The translations under genes were made by a program, and so were the position numbers. Positions 28,290 through 42,800 of a stretch of 64,000 bases of DNA are shown one piece after another; positions within the stretch are counted from its first letter, which is position 1; each line of letters begins with the position of its first letter. This DNA is from Catajapyx aquilonaris (Eukaryota). The notes under the pieces are model-generated. The model saw nothing but the letters and a program-made list of their open reading frames with translations. It ran no database searches and was not told the origin of the DNA. The stretch spans positions 124,001 to 188,000 of the forward strand of contig KZ538096.1 in assembly GCA_000934665.2 (NCBI GenBank), read 5' to 3'.

Positions 28290-29618
28290 GGGGAGGGTGG
28301 GGCTAGTTGTTACGAGGATAAGTTGTTACAGTGGCTTTTTTTTTTTAATCTGGAAAATGGTAGGACGACGCCTATTGCAGTGAACGGGAATCTGGTGTTA
28401 CAGATTCTGACCAATTTTAGTAGGGCTATATATACCATCACTTGAAGGCGAGTTACAAACCTTTTTGTGAAATCACAGTCGGCGAGCTACTTACGTATTA
28501 CGACGTACTTCTGAAGTTGAAGTCCGGTGTTCATATAATATTAAAGGCAACTGTATGAAATTTATATGGTTTCATTTGTGATCAATGTGAATCTATTTGG
28601 CATTATATTTGGCACATTTGAATGCCCAAGTGACCTCGTATTCGGCATTTTCCTTCACAGCGCATGATGGGGCTAAATGTTACAAAAAGAGGGGGCAAGT
28701 TGTTACAACAAGCCATCCCCGCTAGAAAGTTTTATTGAATTGATCATTATTTTGTTACAAACAAAATAATGTTGTAGGGAAGTAAAGCTAATGACTTCAT
28801 ATTTTGTCAGTGTATAGTAACAATTGTATGTAAGTGTTCAGCTGACTTTGTAACATAATTATAGGCCCCCATACTAAGGCCTCTGGGGGAACTTACATAG
28901 GCTAATAATAATTACCGCAGCATGTGAATATAGTGACTTTTAATAAGATAATTTAACATGCCGTATTTATTTCTAGATCAATTACAAAAGTACTGTGATT
29001 AGCTACGACTGAAAGACAAATTGTGTACTATCAAGAGAAATACCAAGTTTATACATGTTCATTTCAGAAAGTATTTGAGTGATAGAGTGAAATATATAAT
29101 GTGAGTTAAGTTTAGTTATTTATGGTGAGAGTGCTCATTTCGTACTGCTTTCTAAAGTGAAATGCTATTATTTACGATTTTCAAGGCAGATAACTACTGT
29201 ATAGTGAACGATTATAAAAACATGCAACATCCAAAGTGCATATTATGAACGTTATGTACAGTACTTTACACGAAACAAGCACAAGTAAGGATCAGCAAAT
29301 AGGAAACAGTATAAAATCCTTACCATACCTATCTTTCAATTTCGTATATTCAGGGCCACTGTAACAACTTACCCTTTACCCGGAACAACTTAAGCCTACC
29401 CTCTACTCGTAACAACTGGCCCACCAATGATGGTGGCACATGTGTTACAGAATGCACGCTCTCCATAAATACATTATTTTTACAATTCTGTGTTAATTAA
29501 AAATAGAGTATATAAGGTTCCAACTCATAAACAGTATGTTTTTCGAAAGCGACGTTTTAAAACTACACAATATAAAAATTAGCAACTGAAAATAGTAACA
29601 ACTAGCCCCACACTCCCC
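28290..29618. mobile_element. 1.3-kb non-autonomous TIR DNA transposon, TA-flanked
   Basis: TA|GGGGAGGGTGGGGCTAGTTGTTAC ... GTAACAACTAGCCCCACACTCCCC|TA. GTTGTTAC/GTAACAAC motifs repeat internally and no transposase ORF is seen. Confidence 0.8.
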
Positions 29619-30241
29619 TATTCGTTATGGCCGTGAAATACGGACAGTTTCTGAGCTTAGAACATTGCGAGTGACCCTTTCTGACCTATATATACAGGCA
29701 CTTGAGGTTACCCTTGTCCTTCATCAGTTTAAAATGATGCGCCCATTATACCTAATATTAGGTGCTAATATTGATAATTGCTAGGAGCAACTTCAAAATA
29801 ACTATACTTAATATTAAGCAGCTTAGTGCGAAAACATCAGTAACCACTACGAACAGACTGTATTGAATGTTTCCGAAAGTGTCATCAGAACTGTATAGAA
29901 ATGACTAATCTTTCGCCAGACTGGGTTATGTGCAATAATTTATTCTGTAGCGTTGGTCAAAAGCAAAAGACAGGCTGTTCCACTGCTATTAGCAAAATGG
30001 CTATGTCAAAGTGGCAGACATTACGCTCAATCGCGACTCCCACTTCCGGAAGGTAGATGGAATAAGTGAGGGTGCCACTGATGTAGTACAGTAATCGCCC
30101 TCGACATATGCCGTTCAAGTTCGTTATAAACAAAAGTTGATACCGTTTTAGGGTAGTATAATTAGTGGACAAAAGTGGACAATTTTTACACCCAACAATC
30201 AACCTATTAAAATTAATTTAAAAACAATTGCTTGGACGATT

Positions 30242-30916
30242 TATCCTACTGAGACCTGGTGTTGACATATGATGTCGACATCAGGAAAAAAAAAATTGGC
30301 GCCAACTAGTGATGCCAACAGAACTGTAATCTGTTGGTATCACATGATTACAATCTGGCCTCAATAGGTGTAGCCACCTAATGTTGAATATCTGACTTTG
30401 GCCGAGAAAATTGAATCACTTATGAAAATGGCGGATTCCGCTGCAGAAGATAGGCGCTCATCTGATAGGTTTTATTTTTTTACTCATATTTAGAGTGCGA
30501 TTTTCGCAATGCAGTGAATGTCCTGGGATTCTCAAGGAATGTGTATTAGGAAATACGAAAAGATGTGTCTGTGACAATCTTTGTTGCTGTAGAGAACTGG
30601 TGATTTTCTTTTCTTCCTGAGACCAAATGCCCATTTAAATGGACATTCGAAATTATTATTTTTATCTGAATGGGCTGTGGAATATCTTTAAGTGCCTGTA
30701 CCTGTACAGATGCAGATACGGAAGGTAGATGGAATAATTACTATTGTGTCAGTTATCATGTTTTTCTCCCACACCCCTCATCTCATTGGTTGTTTGTCAC
30801 TATTTTTGTCGATATTTTAAAACTGTTTTTTTCTCGTTTCTTATTGGGAAAATGGTCAGAAAATGCAATAGGAACTGACATTGCGTTAAAAATTCTTCTC
30901 AGGTCTCAGTAGGATA
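30242..30916 (+). mobile_element. Non-autonomous TIR element, copy 1 (inverted copy at 62682-63586)
   Basis: 17-bp inverted termini TATCCTACTGAGACCTG / CAGGTCTCAGTAGGATA, and long high-identity reverse-complement matches to 62682-63586. Confidence 0.85.
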
Positions 30917-33900
30917 TGGCAATTTTTATCAAGAAGCCACATTAGCCGATGGCACATTTTGTCCTGCTGTTTCCTAAAATATGATATTCCACTATTTTAA
31001 TAACTCTAGAAAGTAATAAAATAGGTATGTTCCTTACATCTGAACTAATACTACGTATAGCATGACTGATACACCTTAGTCAATAATAACGGCATGTTGC
31101 CTTTCATTCCCAGCGTTGTAAAATGAGGCGAGCTAATGATTTTTTTTTTCTCTTTCTCTCTCTCTTTCTCATGGTACAGTACGAGGTATGGCAGGTGCCA
31201 CGCAACGCGCCAACATTTCCTGGAACAAGCCGAATCCAATTCGCCACATTCCATCTACAAGATAGAAAAAAATGACATTCAAAGCTCCTTCTACACCACA
31301 ACCACCAGAACACAGTATTCCCACTGCGGTTTGAAGATATTAAATAAATTAAATAAATAAAAACATATTTTATTACAGGAAAATATATGGTTTTATTGAT
31401 ATGTTAATGTGCGTAATTTTAAAATTAAATTGACCCACAGGACCGTACGTGTCAAAAATCGTGCTTGGAACCTCTGCGGATCGAGCCGCATTGTATTGTG
31501 TCCCCAACAACTTTCCCTCCATTCGTACTGTTTACTCCTTCCTCAACCTTTGGTCACTGGTCGACCACACAAGAAACCATTCGACACGCCGCGCCTCATC
31601 CAAAGGATAACGTCCACTAATCCGTCAGACTTATTCCATGCTCGCGACAGCATCTGACAAACAAAAATCCAAAATATCCAAAATATGGTTCCAAACAAGT
31701 TAATGAAGACTCCAACAGGTGTGAAAGGTTAACCCATGATAAACGACACCACATTATACTAAAACCATAATTTTTGGACATGCCAAGAAGTCGTAATGCC
31801 AACCCTGGGCTAGGTGTATAAAAGAGAGCAGAAGCACCCCCTAGTTTTGATTTATGGGAGGTAGGAAAAGGGAAGGCCAGAGGCTCAAACACTTGGATGC
31901 CACCGTGGGCCATTAGTTCCGCCTCATCAGGCTTTGTGGTCCCCGCATACCTTCCAAACGTCGACAATAAAAAAAAGAAACCAGAAGAAGAAGAAGAAGA
32001 AGCCCGCAATTTCTTTCGCATTTGTATTCAACCAGTTGGCCAGAGCCAAACGATAGTTTTGCAATTAGGGGGCGGCTCTGGCAAAGTCGGTCCAGAAGAT
32101 GGATTAGAATTGATGGGCCATTATTGATTTCTGACATACAGGGCTAGAGGTAAATATTTTGACACAGAAAATTTTCGGGTGGGAATGAAGGTAGACTTGT
32201 GGGGCCACACATGCCTTGGAAGTATAAGCGCCTTGGGTATAATTTTTCAACGGGAAAAATAATGCAAGTCGAAGGACAGAGTGCCGACTTTGACAGATGG
32301 CATTTTCTACCCTTACCGCCATATCAAAAACAGGGGGGTGGCCCCCGTACATATTCGTATTGAAAATCATTTGAAAAGCCTGTCCAGAAAAATGAGATGT
32401 GAAACTGACGTGAAATCGTATCACAGGGCATGAAATGACTGCTGCGGTCATCTGCGGTAGGTAACGAGTGATGGATGCGATGCTTTAATGAATTATGTCA
32501 ATTTGAACACGTTCGTGCGGAATGGAAACTGTGTACCAATCTGATCAGCAGAGCGATTAGCCGACTCTCTACAACATTGTACATGATGCTTGGGAAAATG
32601 GACAAGCCTCCGGAATTTTCATGTGTACGTGACTCTAGAAAATTAAATTGGATTGCTCCTTAGACTCTTCTAGTTGTGGCCGGATAGCAAGAAGAGCTAA
32701 TTTTCTAGTTTCGTGTAGTAGAGGGGGAGGATTCGTGAGAATGGAAACGGAAACTTCCTTCCGTTCGAGGATATTCTTTCGTATGGGCAGAACCTGGCCG
32801 ATACAAAAACGTGGGAACGTGGCAGGGAATTAGAGGCTGGCAGCAGCAAACGACGTTGAGGCAAACGAGAAACTTTTCATAATTACATTCGGAATCGATA
32901 CCGGGGAACAGCAGCGTCTGCCCTGCAATAATTTTCTCATGACTGTGGTGCACCCTACACACCCCATTCCCTCAAGCAATGGAACAACAACTTCCATTCG
33001 CTAGGGGCCATGTCCATTTGATGGATGAGATACCAACCTTCATTACCTTGCTGAGGAAAATCTTGCCAGGCCTAACAAATGACACGCATCACCTTCTTCA
33101 ACGCAACGGTACTGTACTGATCTATCGGGATCGGTATGGGAAACTTGTCTATATATACACGTCTGTTGGCCATCCACAGAAATGGTTGAATTAAATAGTT
33201 TCCATAGACAAACCTCGGTACTTATTGATGGGAAAACTACATTTTGAACGCGATCTCGTCATATATCGTCACACATTTCCAATACTCCACTACTTCTTAC
33301 TTGTGCATATGGCACCATGTATTATGAATAGGTGCCATAAAAGCATATATGGATTATGTCTGTAAGCTGGGTAACGGTAATGGATTAGACCCGTTCCGGT
33401 GGGATATGACACGTCATTGCGTCGATGTCAACTATATGATCGGATAGGTTACCAAGTGTTCCAAAAGAAACCTTACGGCTGTGCATCAACTAAATGTGAC
33501 GAATTCAGGCAGTGATTGATTTAAATAAATTATCGGCGAGTCATGTCATAATGAATCTACACTCCTTGCAAAAACGGCACTTGGATTCAATTTGCAATTA
33601 ATAATTACCGCATTATGTGCCGTTGGCAGTTTATCGTGGACCACTTGGTCGCCCACATGCACGCAAAGTGTGAGTATAACACGCTCCTATGGATTAGTCA
33701 TATTTGAAATTTTCCTTTCTTGAACACCGCATTCATCATGATCAGACACGATAACTCTTTGCGGCAGATTTGGAGCACGTACAATACCATATTCAAAAAT
33801 AGTGTGCCACACTTAAAAAATCATAGTTTTTGTCATACTGAGACATCAAGGTATCATTTGCCGATTCATTAAATGGTAATGACACAGACGTAGGGGGGAA

Positions 33901-34639
33901 TGAGGATGTTACTGCGAGATTAAATTAGGATATTTAATATGCATATGCACCATTGAGACCTAGCGGTCTGATCAGGTATTTTTAGAAGCTCTAGCCTACC
34001 GTATATATTGCTATAAGCCGGCTTACATAATTCTCTTTAACTTAACATCTATACAGCGGTATAGAGGTTTCCGGACCAAAATCCAGACATTTCCGTTCGG
34101 AAGCGGATCGCATATATACCTTAGTAGTTATACGTCGCTGCTTGCCGTGGGAATTCAGTTTTTGTACGCTCCATATGAATTAATAGGGAATAATATACTA
34201 TTAGTAAGGCATCACGAAATCTGAATTTTTCCATGCATTAAATAATGAGACCTTATAGTCAAACATTTTGTCGAGATTATTCCAAGGTCAAGAAATCGCT
34301 ACACACCTGCGAGAGTTACTGTCCATCCTGCATATATGTATATATATTGTCACGCTAACTTTATGATTTAGACACAGTTGTCAGTTTATGCTACGGAATA
34401 TGGTACATTGTGCAGTGCAATAAAATGATATTACTAAAGCACCATAAAGTTTAGATGTCACGAGATTTGCTTGCAACTTATATATATGTATGATACTGTG
34501 AGCCACGCACATCCTTTCTGTACGGAGGCAACTGCAAAATTTATTTTTAGTAGGAGAGAAGAGAGAGGCTGTACAATCATGTATAGGCACGACCAGTCCC
34601 TAAGGAGAAAATTACACCAACTAAGTTACGTCTCACTCC

Positions 34640-36187
34640 CTGAAGGACTTAATTACACCGCGGTAGCTTCCTGGAGGAAAAAAGTCCGCCTAAGGTTAAA
34701 CTACGAATATTTAAGGCATCTGAAATAGGATGCCCCAGCCTATAATTTACTCCCGGGTTCTAATTAATACCATGATTAATTATGTAACGAGACTAGACCA
34801 ATTATTAAGATGAATAAGCCGAATTTAATATTTTTTCTCCCGTCCTGGACGCTGTCACTGTAACAACTCCATAAAGAAAGCACGACAGGACGTTTCCATC
34901 GACCTCTGCACGACCTTTAATAAAACGCATGCACCGGTACGACATATTTTATTTGGGCCCATAAACTTATCACGGTACCACCCAGAAGCATCACTGAAGG
35001 TTAGGTATGGGAGACGAGGTGTGGAAGGCCATCATGTTTATTACGCACCATACAGGACCTGCAAAATTTCTCACAAGGCTACCCCCGGCACCAAGTCACG
35101 AAAGGTGCCTGGAGCATCTATCCATTCGTAGATTACCATGCTACAAGTGGCGGGAAAAATTCGGGTGGTGTTTCCAAAATAGGAGGTCCCATTTGAAGTG
35201 AATGGGGAGCCAATGAGCAATGAATCCCGTCAAACATGGGCCAGCCATGTTCCCCCTGGGACTGAGGCGGATACATGGAGGGCAAGCAGGGCGGCCCAGA
35301 CACGGCAGCGCACCGCCCCCTCACTCCCCATACCCCCGCCTGCCATCCACTACCCCCCTGGCAGCCCTGCCCCACCACTATACCCTTACTGCTACTCCCA
35401 GACTCTCTTCTCTCTCCCTCCGGCCCTTTCAGACAGCGCCAACGCAGCGCCACTGCCACCCGCCATTTATTACCAGCTCCCACCCACCGGTTCCATCGGA
35501 CTCTGGATTTTCCCGCCTGATGTGAACAATCCGCGCGTGGTTTGAACCGGTCCAGCAGGCACGTGGTGCTAGTGCGTGAGTGCGGGTGTGCCAGTGTGTG
35601 CAGAAAGAGTGGAGAAGTTTTATTTGCCTTTTGGGTTGTTGGCGGGAGTCCCGTTTACCGCAAAAGGGCCATCCATCTTGGCGGGTGTGTGGCCTGTCGC
35701 CGCTAAGGGTTGGTTGGTTGGTCGGGTGGACGCTGTGATGTCGGCGTGACGTCGACAACCACCCACCACCTGCCGACCCACCACCCACACTTGCACGCTA
35801 CACTTTTCTCAGTCCCCACCCGCCCGTCGTTCCGACACCAAGAAATTCCATCTTTGTCCACCAGAGGAATATTGGTGTGGGTGGGTGGGTGGGGGTGGGA
35901 GTGTGTGAATGTGCGAGTGTGAGTGTGTGTTGCTCGACGCAAGAAGGGGCAAGTATATTAACCATGCTAGTTCCCGGCTCGGCCGCCAGGTGCCCGCCAT
36001 GTTGTTACTCTCAGCTGGAGAAGCCATCCATCATTGTGACGTGGGCGCTCGGGGTCAGGGCTCTGCCTCGTAATTGGTGCCGGCTGAGCACGTGATATGC
36101 TAATTGTTGCCGCGGGGCGGAGCCTCACAACAGTTAAACGACACCTGGGAAGAAAAATTATTTCCCATCCAATTCAGCCAAAAATTA
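34640..36187 (+). promoter_or_regulatory. Putative Dfd proximal enhancer, promoter and 5'UTR region
   Basis: No recognisable TE. Dense TAAT/CATAAA sites at 34650-34970, CCAAT at about 35209, GC-rich core, E-boxes CACGTG at about 35560 and 36089, and YY1/Pho-like CGCCATGTTG at 35995. The TSS cannot be determined. Confidence 0.5.
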
Positions 36188-36809
36188 ATGATCATGAGTT
36201 CGTTCTTGATGAACTCAGGCGCGTACGTGGATCCCAAGTTCCCGCCGAGTGAGGAGTACAACCAGGCCAGCTACATCCCTCCGCCGCCTCCTCCGCCTCC
36301 TGGGGACTACTACCAAGCCCAACATTACGGCTACCCCAACCATCAGCACCAGCACCATCCGGCGCAACACCACCAGCACCAACACCCGCCTCAGCAACAA
36401 TCCTACACCCGGGATGTCACCTCATCCAACTCATCCCCAAACTCCACCTCGGCCGCGGCTGCCGCTGCCGCCGCCGCCGCGGCCGCTGCATCCGCGGCTG
36501 CTGCGGCCGCCGCCTTCTACCCCAACAGTACCGGCTCTGGTGGTTACTACCCTCCGCCACCAAACTGTGCCGCCATGGCCCCAACTCAGGGTCTTCCGCC
36601 CCAACAGGCGCCCCTGGGCAGCCCACAAGACTCACCGGGGAGTTCCCCGCAACCCATGCACCCGCACCAACAGCACCCGCACCAGCATCATCCGCACCAG
36701 CAGGCCATGGCGCCCAACGACTGCTCCGAAGGCAGCGGAGGTGAGGCCAGCCCTGGTCATCAACCCGTCATCTACCCTTGGATGAAGAAGATCCATGTGG
36801 CCGGCGTAG
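36188..36809 (+). CDS. Dfd: Deformed/Hox4 homeobox protein, coding exon 1
   Basis: Starts MIMSSFLMNSGAYVDPKFPPSEEYNQ (Hox4-group N-terminal motif). Contains His/Gln/Pro and poly-Ala tracts and the hexapeptide YPWMKKIHVAGV, then donor G|GTAAGG at 36809/36810 (phase 1). Confidence 0.96.
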
Positions 36810-39800
36810 GTAAGGCCGTGTCGTTTCCTTCGGACAAAGGTCCCAACCCTGGGTGCAGCTCCTAAACCGTACGGTAGCACGTGTCTCTCAAAAGGTCATT
36901 ATTGGGCCCTATACAAAAGAGCGCGCTTCTGGGAGGCCGCTCCTTCGGGTAGGTCGGGGCCGGATTCTATAGCCCATAAATTTTTGTACTAACGGCCCCA
37001 ACATTAGCCGCTTCCGCAACAATCCCCCCAAGTCGAGATTTATGGCGTGCAAGATTTACGTACTACTTGTTGAGCAGTCTCAGGAACATGGGGGAAAAAA
37101 GTGGGTGGGCGGAAAGTGGGGATGCATAAGTATTAGGCCTAATATCATTACTTAATATGAGCTGCATCAGGAGGTTTGGATCTTTATTTATTTGAATTTT
37201 TATTCATTTATCACTTTGCAAACATATCGGTGATTACTATTAATATTAAACTACTGCACTATGTGTATTCCTAGAAGTGAATTTCCAGCTTGGCTAAATT
37301 ACTCTAGAGCAGTTCCACCCTGGGCTTTTTTGGTCTTGTAATTGAGCTTACTTCCCGAATTCAGCATCGCAGCTGACGACCACAAAAAAGGGAAGAAGTA
37401 ATGAAACAGGTGAGACTGAGCTGTACCTACGAATTTTCCACCCCCTTTTTTTCCCTCGTGTACAAAAAAAAACATATCTCTTCCGTCCGACCTGCTGCAG
37501 ATTATAGTGTTTCCGAGCATTTCCTTTCGAGGCCCATTGAAAAGCCACGAGTTCAAAATGTGGGCCATAGGAAGCTACACCCCATATAATCAAGTCGAAA
37601 GTGCAAAAAAAAACAGCAATGGTATTAATTCGCACAAAAATTTTGACACCCTGTACCTAGGAAAGTTTAGCGTTTCCATCAGTTTTGTTAAACAAGCAGA
37701 CACTTACCCGCCTCATTTCGAACCGGATGGAGGGTCGTAAATGACGCATTAGCAGTAATATTACTCCCCTTTTACTGCCCGTTTATCGCTCCCAAAGACA
37801 TATGTGATGAGAGCAGGTGATGGGTACAAGTAAGCATTTTTTTATGTAGTTCAAGAGTTATGATTTAACTATTGCAACAGTGTATTGTTTAAGTCATCAT
37901 TGAAAAGTACAATCCGTCAGCACCTGAGCGTATGCGATAAATTGCGTCTGTGGCTATAATTTATGAGTCTTCTTAGCAATTTGGTAGTTAGGGGAGGAAG
38001 TGAATCTTAGTGGTCATTGCCTAACTTTATAATGGGTTGGATAGAGTTAAGTTGCAAACGAGCGGGACGCAACGACGAATCAATTAGTCTTCACGGAATT
38101 GCGACTGTTTTTATGGGACTTTTTACTGATTTTTTTTCGGATGGTTATGCGGTAAATAGTTTCACGGCACGTGAATAGAATAAAATATGTCAGTAATTAG
38201 TATTACTGTTAGAGCATCGTTATATCTCAAGTTTTCTCATACACCACTGAATGACCAGAAGTGTCATTATTTATAACACCATGTGAAGCAAGAAATATGG
38301 CTCTCATCGTATCATTGTGAAGTAATCCATTATCATTAATCATTGCGCATTCAGGCCTGGCAAATTTGTTGTATTTTTTATGAATTATCTACTAGCCGAT
38401 CATAGGCATATTTGATAGCAATGGAGTTATGCATTGTCTAATATAGTCCTATATATAAACATATTTTCGTATGGTCAAATCACTTTTCAGCTTCAGAAAT
38501 CAGTTACAGTCCCATTATTGAAAAAACAAACAAACAGAAAATGCATATTAAAACATGTCCAAATAAATTCCACGATTAGTGTGATAGTGTTTTGACATGT
38601 AGCTACTATTTTTTAAAGAATTATAGGCAACTTTTTTTCGCGGAACATTGCAAGTAATCTGTCATGGATTATGACTAATGCGGATCAGATTTAATGCGCT
38701 GTAAATATTTACAAAACTTAACTTATACTTCGCATAATAATAGAAAGAAATCATTATTTTTACCCAGAAAACGCCAGTTATTATTAACAAAAAATGGAAT
38801 GATCATTTGCATTCAGTTTTATATAGGCTTACTGACTGTATATCAATTGAGCAAAATACGAGCGACGATAATGGTTGTTGAAGATATCGCAACACTTACT
38901 AAAATATTTTGAGTGGTATTTTTCCTGAATTTGAGTGAATCGTCACTCCTTGACAGTGTTTATTCGAAATTTCAATCAAATTCAATTTATTATGAGTGCA
39001 CATTGCTCATATTCATTATTATGGCTCCACTATTTTTTTTCGAAAATCGCTCAATCTAGGTCAAAGGTTATTGCTCAAACTTTCAGTTGAAATTTTCACA
39101 CAAGTTTTTAGAAGGTATATTCTTATAGGCCAACTCTTTATGACCGCATATGGCCGGTCGAAAAGTATTCTTTAAAATAGGAACATTGTTTTCGCCTAAA
39201 TGTTAAAAATTAGAATTGAACTAAAATGGATTATAAGTTACGTTGTTACGAGTTAATTGCAAACTGATTAAATAATTATATAATTAAACAGGATAATCTG
39301 TTCACATTATTTTTATAATAATACGAACGAATCTGTGTTAGGCCTTATTGACTGTGCATTTCCCATCACACAGATCTTGTTTACAGTGCGGATATCGGTG
39401 AATTCTCTGCAAATTAATTATCTAAAATAATTACTTACATGGTATGATTGATTATATAACTGTTATTCAGACGATTATGCTTTGTAATCTATATGGAAAT
39501 AACTTGAAACCAGCATTCTATGCTGCCAAATTATGTAAAAAAAATCCTATAAAACTCGGATCTTTGAGAAATCACATGATTAGTCATAATCCATTAATTA
39601 AATGTCTGTGATTATGATAACTTCAATTTTTTATAACATTAATACCTTAACATGGCTCACGTAATCACACACTTAAAGTTAATAATTTGTTATAGTATAG
39701 CCTATCAATACAACACAGTGTGACAGTTACCTGCTGCTGCAGTGAAATAAAAATAGAAGCCTGTTGTTATAATATTACAATCCGCTGAGTGTTAATCACA

Positions 39801-42800
39801 AACACAGTAACATTATTTGGGACGGAAGTTATTTAACTGATTCTGAATCAATGCCCAATATACTGGGATAACATTCCATCTGGGTATAATATCGTAAAAA
39901 GCAACGGCGTATTGCTGCAAAGTATACATCTCTTATGTTCCAATTTACTCAATATTGTGGCAAATCAATGCAGCATGGACTTCATCATATCGTTAATTTA
40001 CAGCCTATAATTGACGTGTAGAACAATGCATTGTAAAAATTGAGGAACCGGTACCAATAACTTCTTGGTTACAACTATACACTGCACGTCAATGTTGACT
40101 AATACTGTATAATATTCTGCTCAGTATTCCCATAAAGTACTCCTATATGTTGACACTAAGGAACCCTATAAAGCATAAATCACTTCTTCTATCTGTACAC
40201 AGCATCGATCCGTCCTATAGTTATCAATCAGATCCTCACATTTATTTTTGGCCTACACAGGTTGCAAAAATATATCGCATGATATTGACTGCAACCGTTA
40301 ATGTAGAAACTATAGACCCTCCTGGCAATACATGATTCTACTGTATAAATTTTATAACGAAATATCAAATTTAATGGCGTTAAAAATAAATAATATTAAT
40401 ACGAAGAAGAAATAGAAATACTCTGCATGTAACATATTATGTCGGGATATTCTGATGGAAGATATCAGTTTTCAATAGTTCCAATTATTGGAATACACTG
40501 TATTGTTAATTGTTATATTCATCATTAATTTTGCATTATGATCTTGTAACTTCCGTGACCTTGTCTTCTCAGAAGGTACAACAATATTATTGGACATGCT
40601 GGTTGTTTTGAGTATATGATGCAGCATATAATGTGATCAGTTTTAATAAGACCTGCTTAACTTATGTTCAAATATGCGGCATATATAAGGATGAATATTA
40701 GCCGCTACATGCTTTGATGGCACCAGATGTGTGGGTTTCTTTTTACAAAGAGCAAAGACCGCATGTGTGTGGCCTCAGGACGACATTTTCTGACTCGTGA
40801 AGACCACCAAGGAATAAGAAGGTACTACGGAAAGCGAAAGTCAGCAGTTTGCGTGTGCCTAAAGAGTTGACAAATGAATAACAAGTTCTAATGTTTTTTA
40901 TTTATATTCTAATCAAGTGAGAATAATTTTTGATATTTGCTATGATCATAAAAACGACATGCGATCTTGCCGTACAGGGCGTGGTTCATTTGGAACTCAG
41001 CTTATTCGCAGGGGAAAATTATTACCAATGGGGATTTTTCTTTTCTTATGGGAAATTATATGATATGGAATTAGTTCTCTTGAAAATGCCTTTCCTAGTA
41101 ATATTGCATCACGCTTCTTAAAAATTGAATTGTTGGAATGTCCTAAATAAATGAAACAGAGATGAACTTCTCCGACACTTAAAGGGCTTCTACTCATTTT
41201 GTAACAATACTTCACCATTGCATCAGCATGAAATTAAAGGCGGTGTTCCATTGAATATGAAACAGTTTTGCCTGTTTGTTTTCTGAGGGTGAAAATCGGA
41301 TTTAATAATATAGTTTTCTAATATCAAAAGGGTGTAGTAACATTCAATCATTTAAGCTTTTTTCTTTTGCTGCCATAGAAATTGATATCTTACATGTGAA
41401 GTTTCATATTGTTCTCCAAAACCAATATTTAACTTGATGATTGCGAAATATTGATTACACACTGTGATATCCCTTGAAACTATATTACATTATTGGCAAA
41501 CATATAGGTTAACATATTTGGTCGTAGTTTTGGGTTTACATATCGCCTTTTACCTTTTGGTAGTAGACCCTATAGGCCTATACTCTTATGACAATTACAG
41601 TCCCCTACAAACAAAAATTGAAAAATTATTTCCACTAAACATTATCAACCTTGAAACTAGCATATCTCGAAATCATGCTATACTGCGACTCTGATCACTC
41701 TGCATTTCAGGAATTCATACACATGAATTATCCAACCTGACGTATAAATCAATAATATTGGACAATTTGCTGATGGCCAATCGCAAGTGAAACATTGCAA
41801 TATTGCTTTCATTGCAAAAGCCTATATTAAACTGTACCACATAAAATCACAGCATATCGCTATCACAACAAGAGGTCATGTGAAGTGGTACAACGAGTGT
41901 CTTAATTTTTTTGACGAAGATTACAGGCGGTAATTCTACAGTTGTATAGGTGCACAACCTTTCAAGTTTATGAGGTGTAATTTTCAGCTTTTATATTACC
42001 CTTGAATCCTGTAGGCATAAGCTATGACTTTTTGTTTTCTAAACGAGTATGTGTTTTTCCACTCTTTCTCTACTTACTACATGAGAACCTTTGTGGGAAA
42101 TAATTACCATTGAAAGGAGTCAATAGTCAATGCCTCAGAGATTCAATTTGTGTAAAATATTTTTTTCAAAAATGTACTACTAAATTTTTTTAAAACTGGC
42201 TGGATTGAGTCAGCTGAAGGAAACTTGGATTCGAAGTGTAGCAAGAGTGAAAACCGCACACAAAATGCGCAGAAAATCACTCAATTTAGAGATCGGTGAT
42301 GAAGTGGAACCGATCGAAAATCCAATTGCATCAACAGTGAATTCCCACAAATATATACTCTGTTCTTTGGCAGAAAATCGTGCAACAATGATACCAAAAC
42401 AACCAGTCATCTAGCAGACAACAACGCCGCATACAAATAGGCTTGTAATTAATGACGAAATAAGTGTGCAAAACAATACTTTGACAATGTGTGACGTTAC
42501 GTTCTGTAATTCTGCAAGTTTGGGCATCGAATTTAAATATTAAACTCTTTATAATTGCGGCCAAATTGATATAGATTACCTAACAAGGCTCCAATTTTTT
42601 CATTGGTAAATCATATAAAATCAATTATTGTATTGTACTACCGAAATAAGAAATAGGCGCACGGCAATTAAATGCTCTCCTGCTGTGCTGAACCATGGCT
42701 TTTGCAATATACTGTAAATTAGTAAAATATCGGTTATGCTTGATTGAGTGTGGATGCATGATTTATAATATTTATTAGGCGAAACTTTGAATTTGTTGTT

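Noticed and set aside
31600..33800. Possible decayed coding or TE sequence, and TATA box at about 31817
   Set aside because: Only short unrecognisable ORFs, with no motif or termini to support a call.
36104..36865. ORF-track 253-aa ORF as a complete gene
   Set aside because: It starts at TTG and runs past the splice donor. The real exon is 36188-36809.
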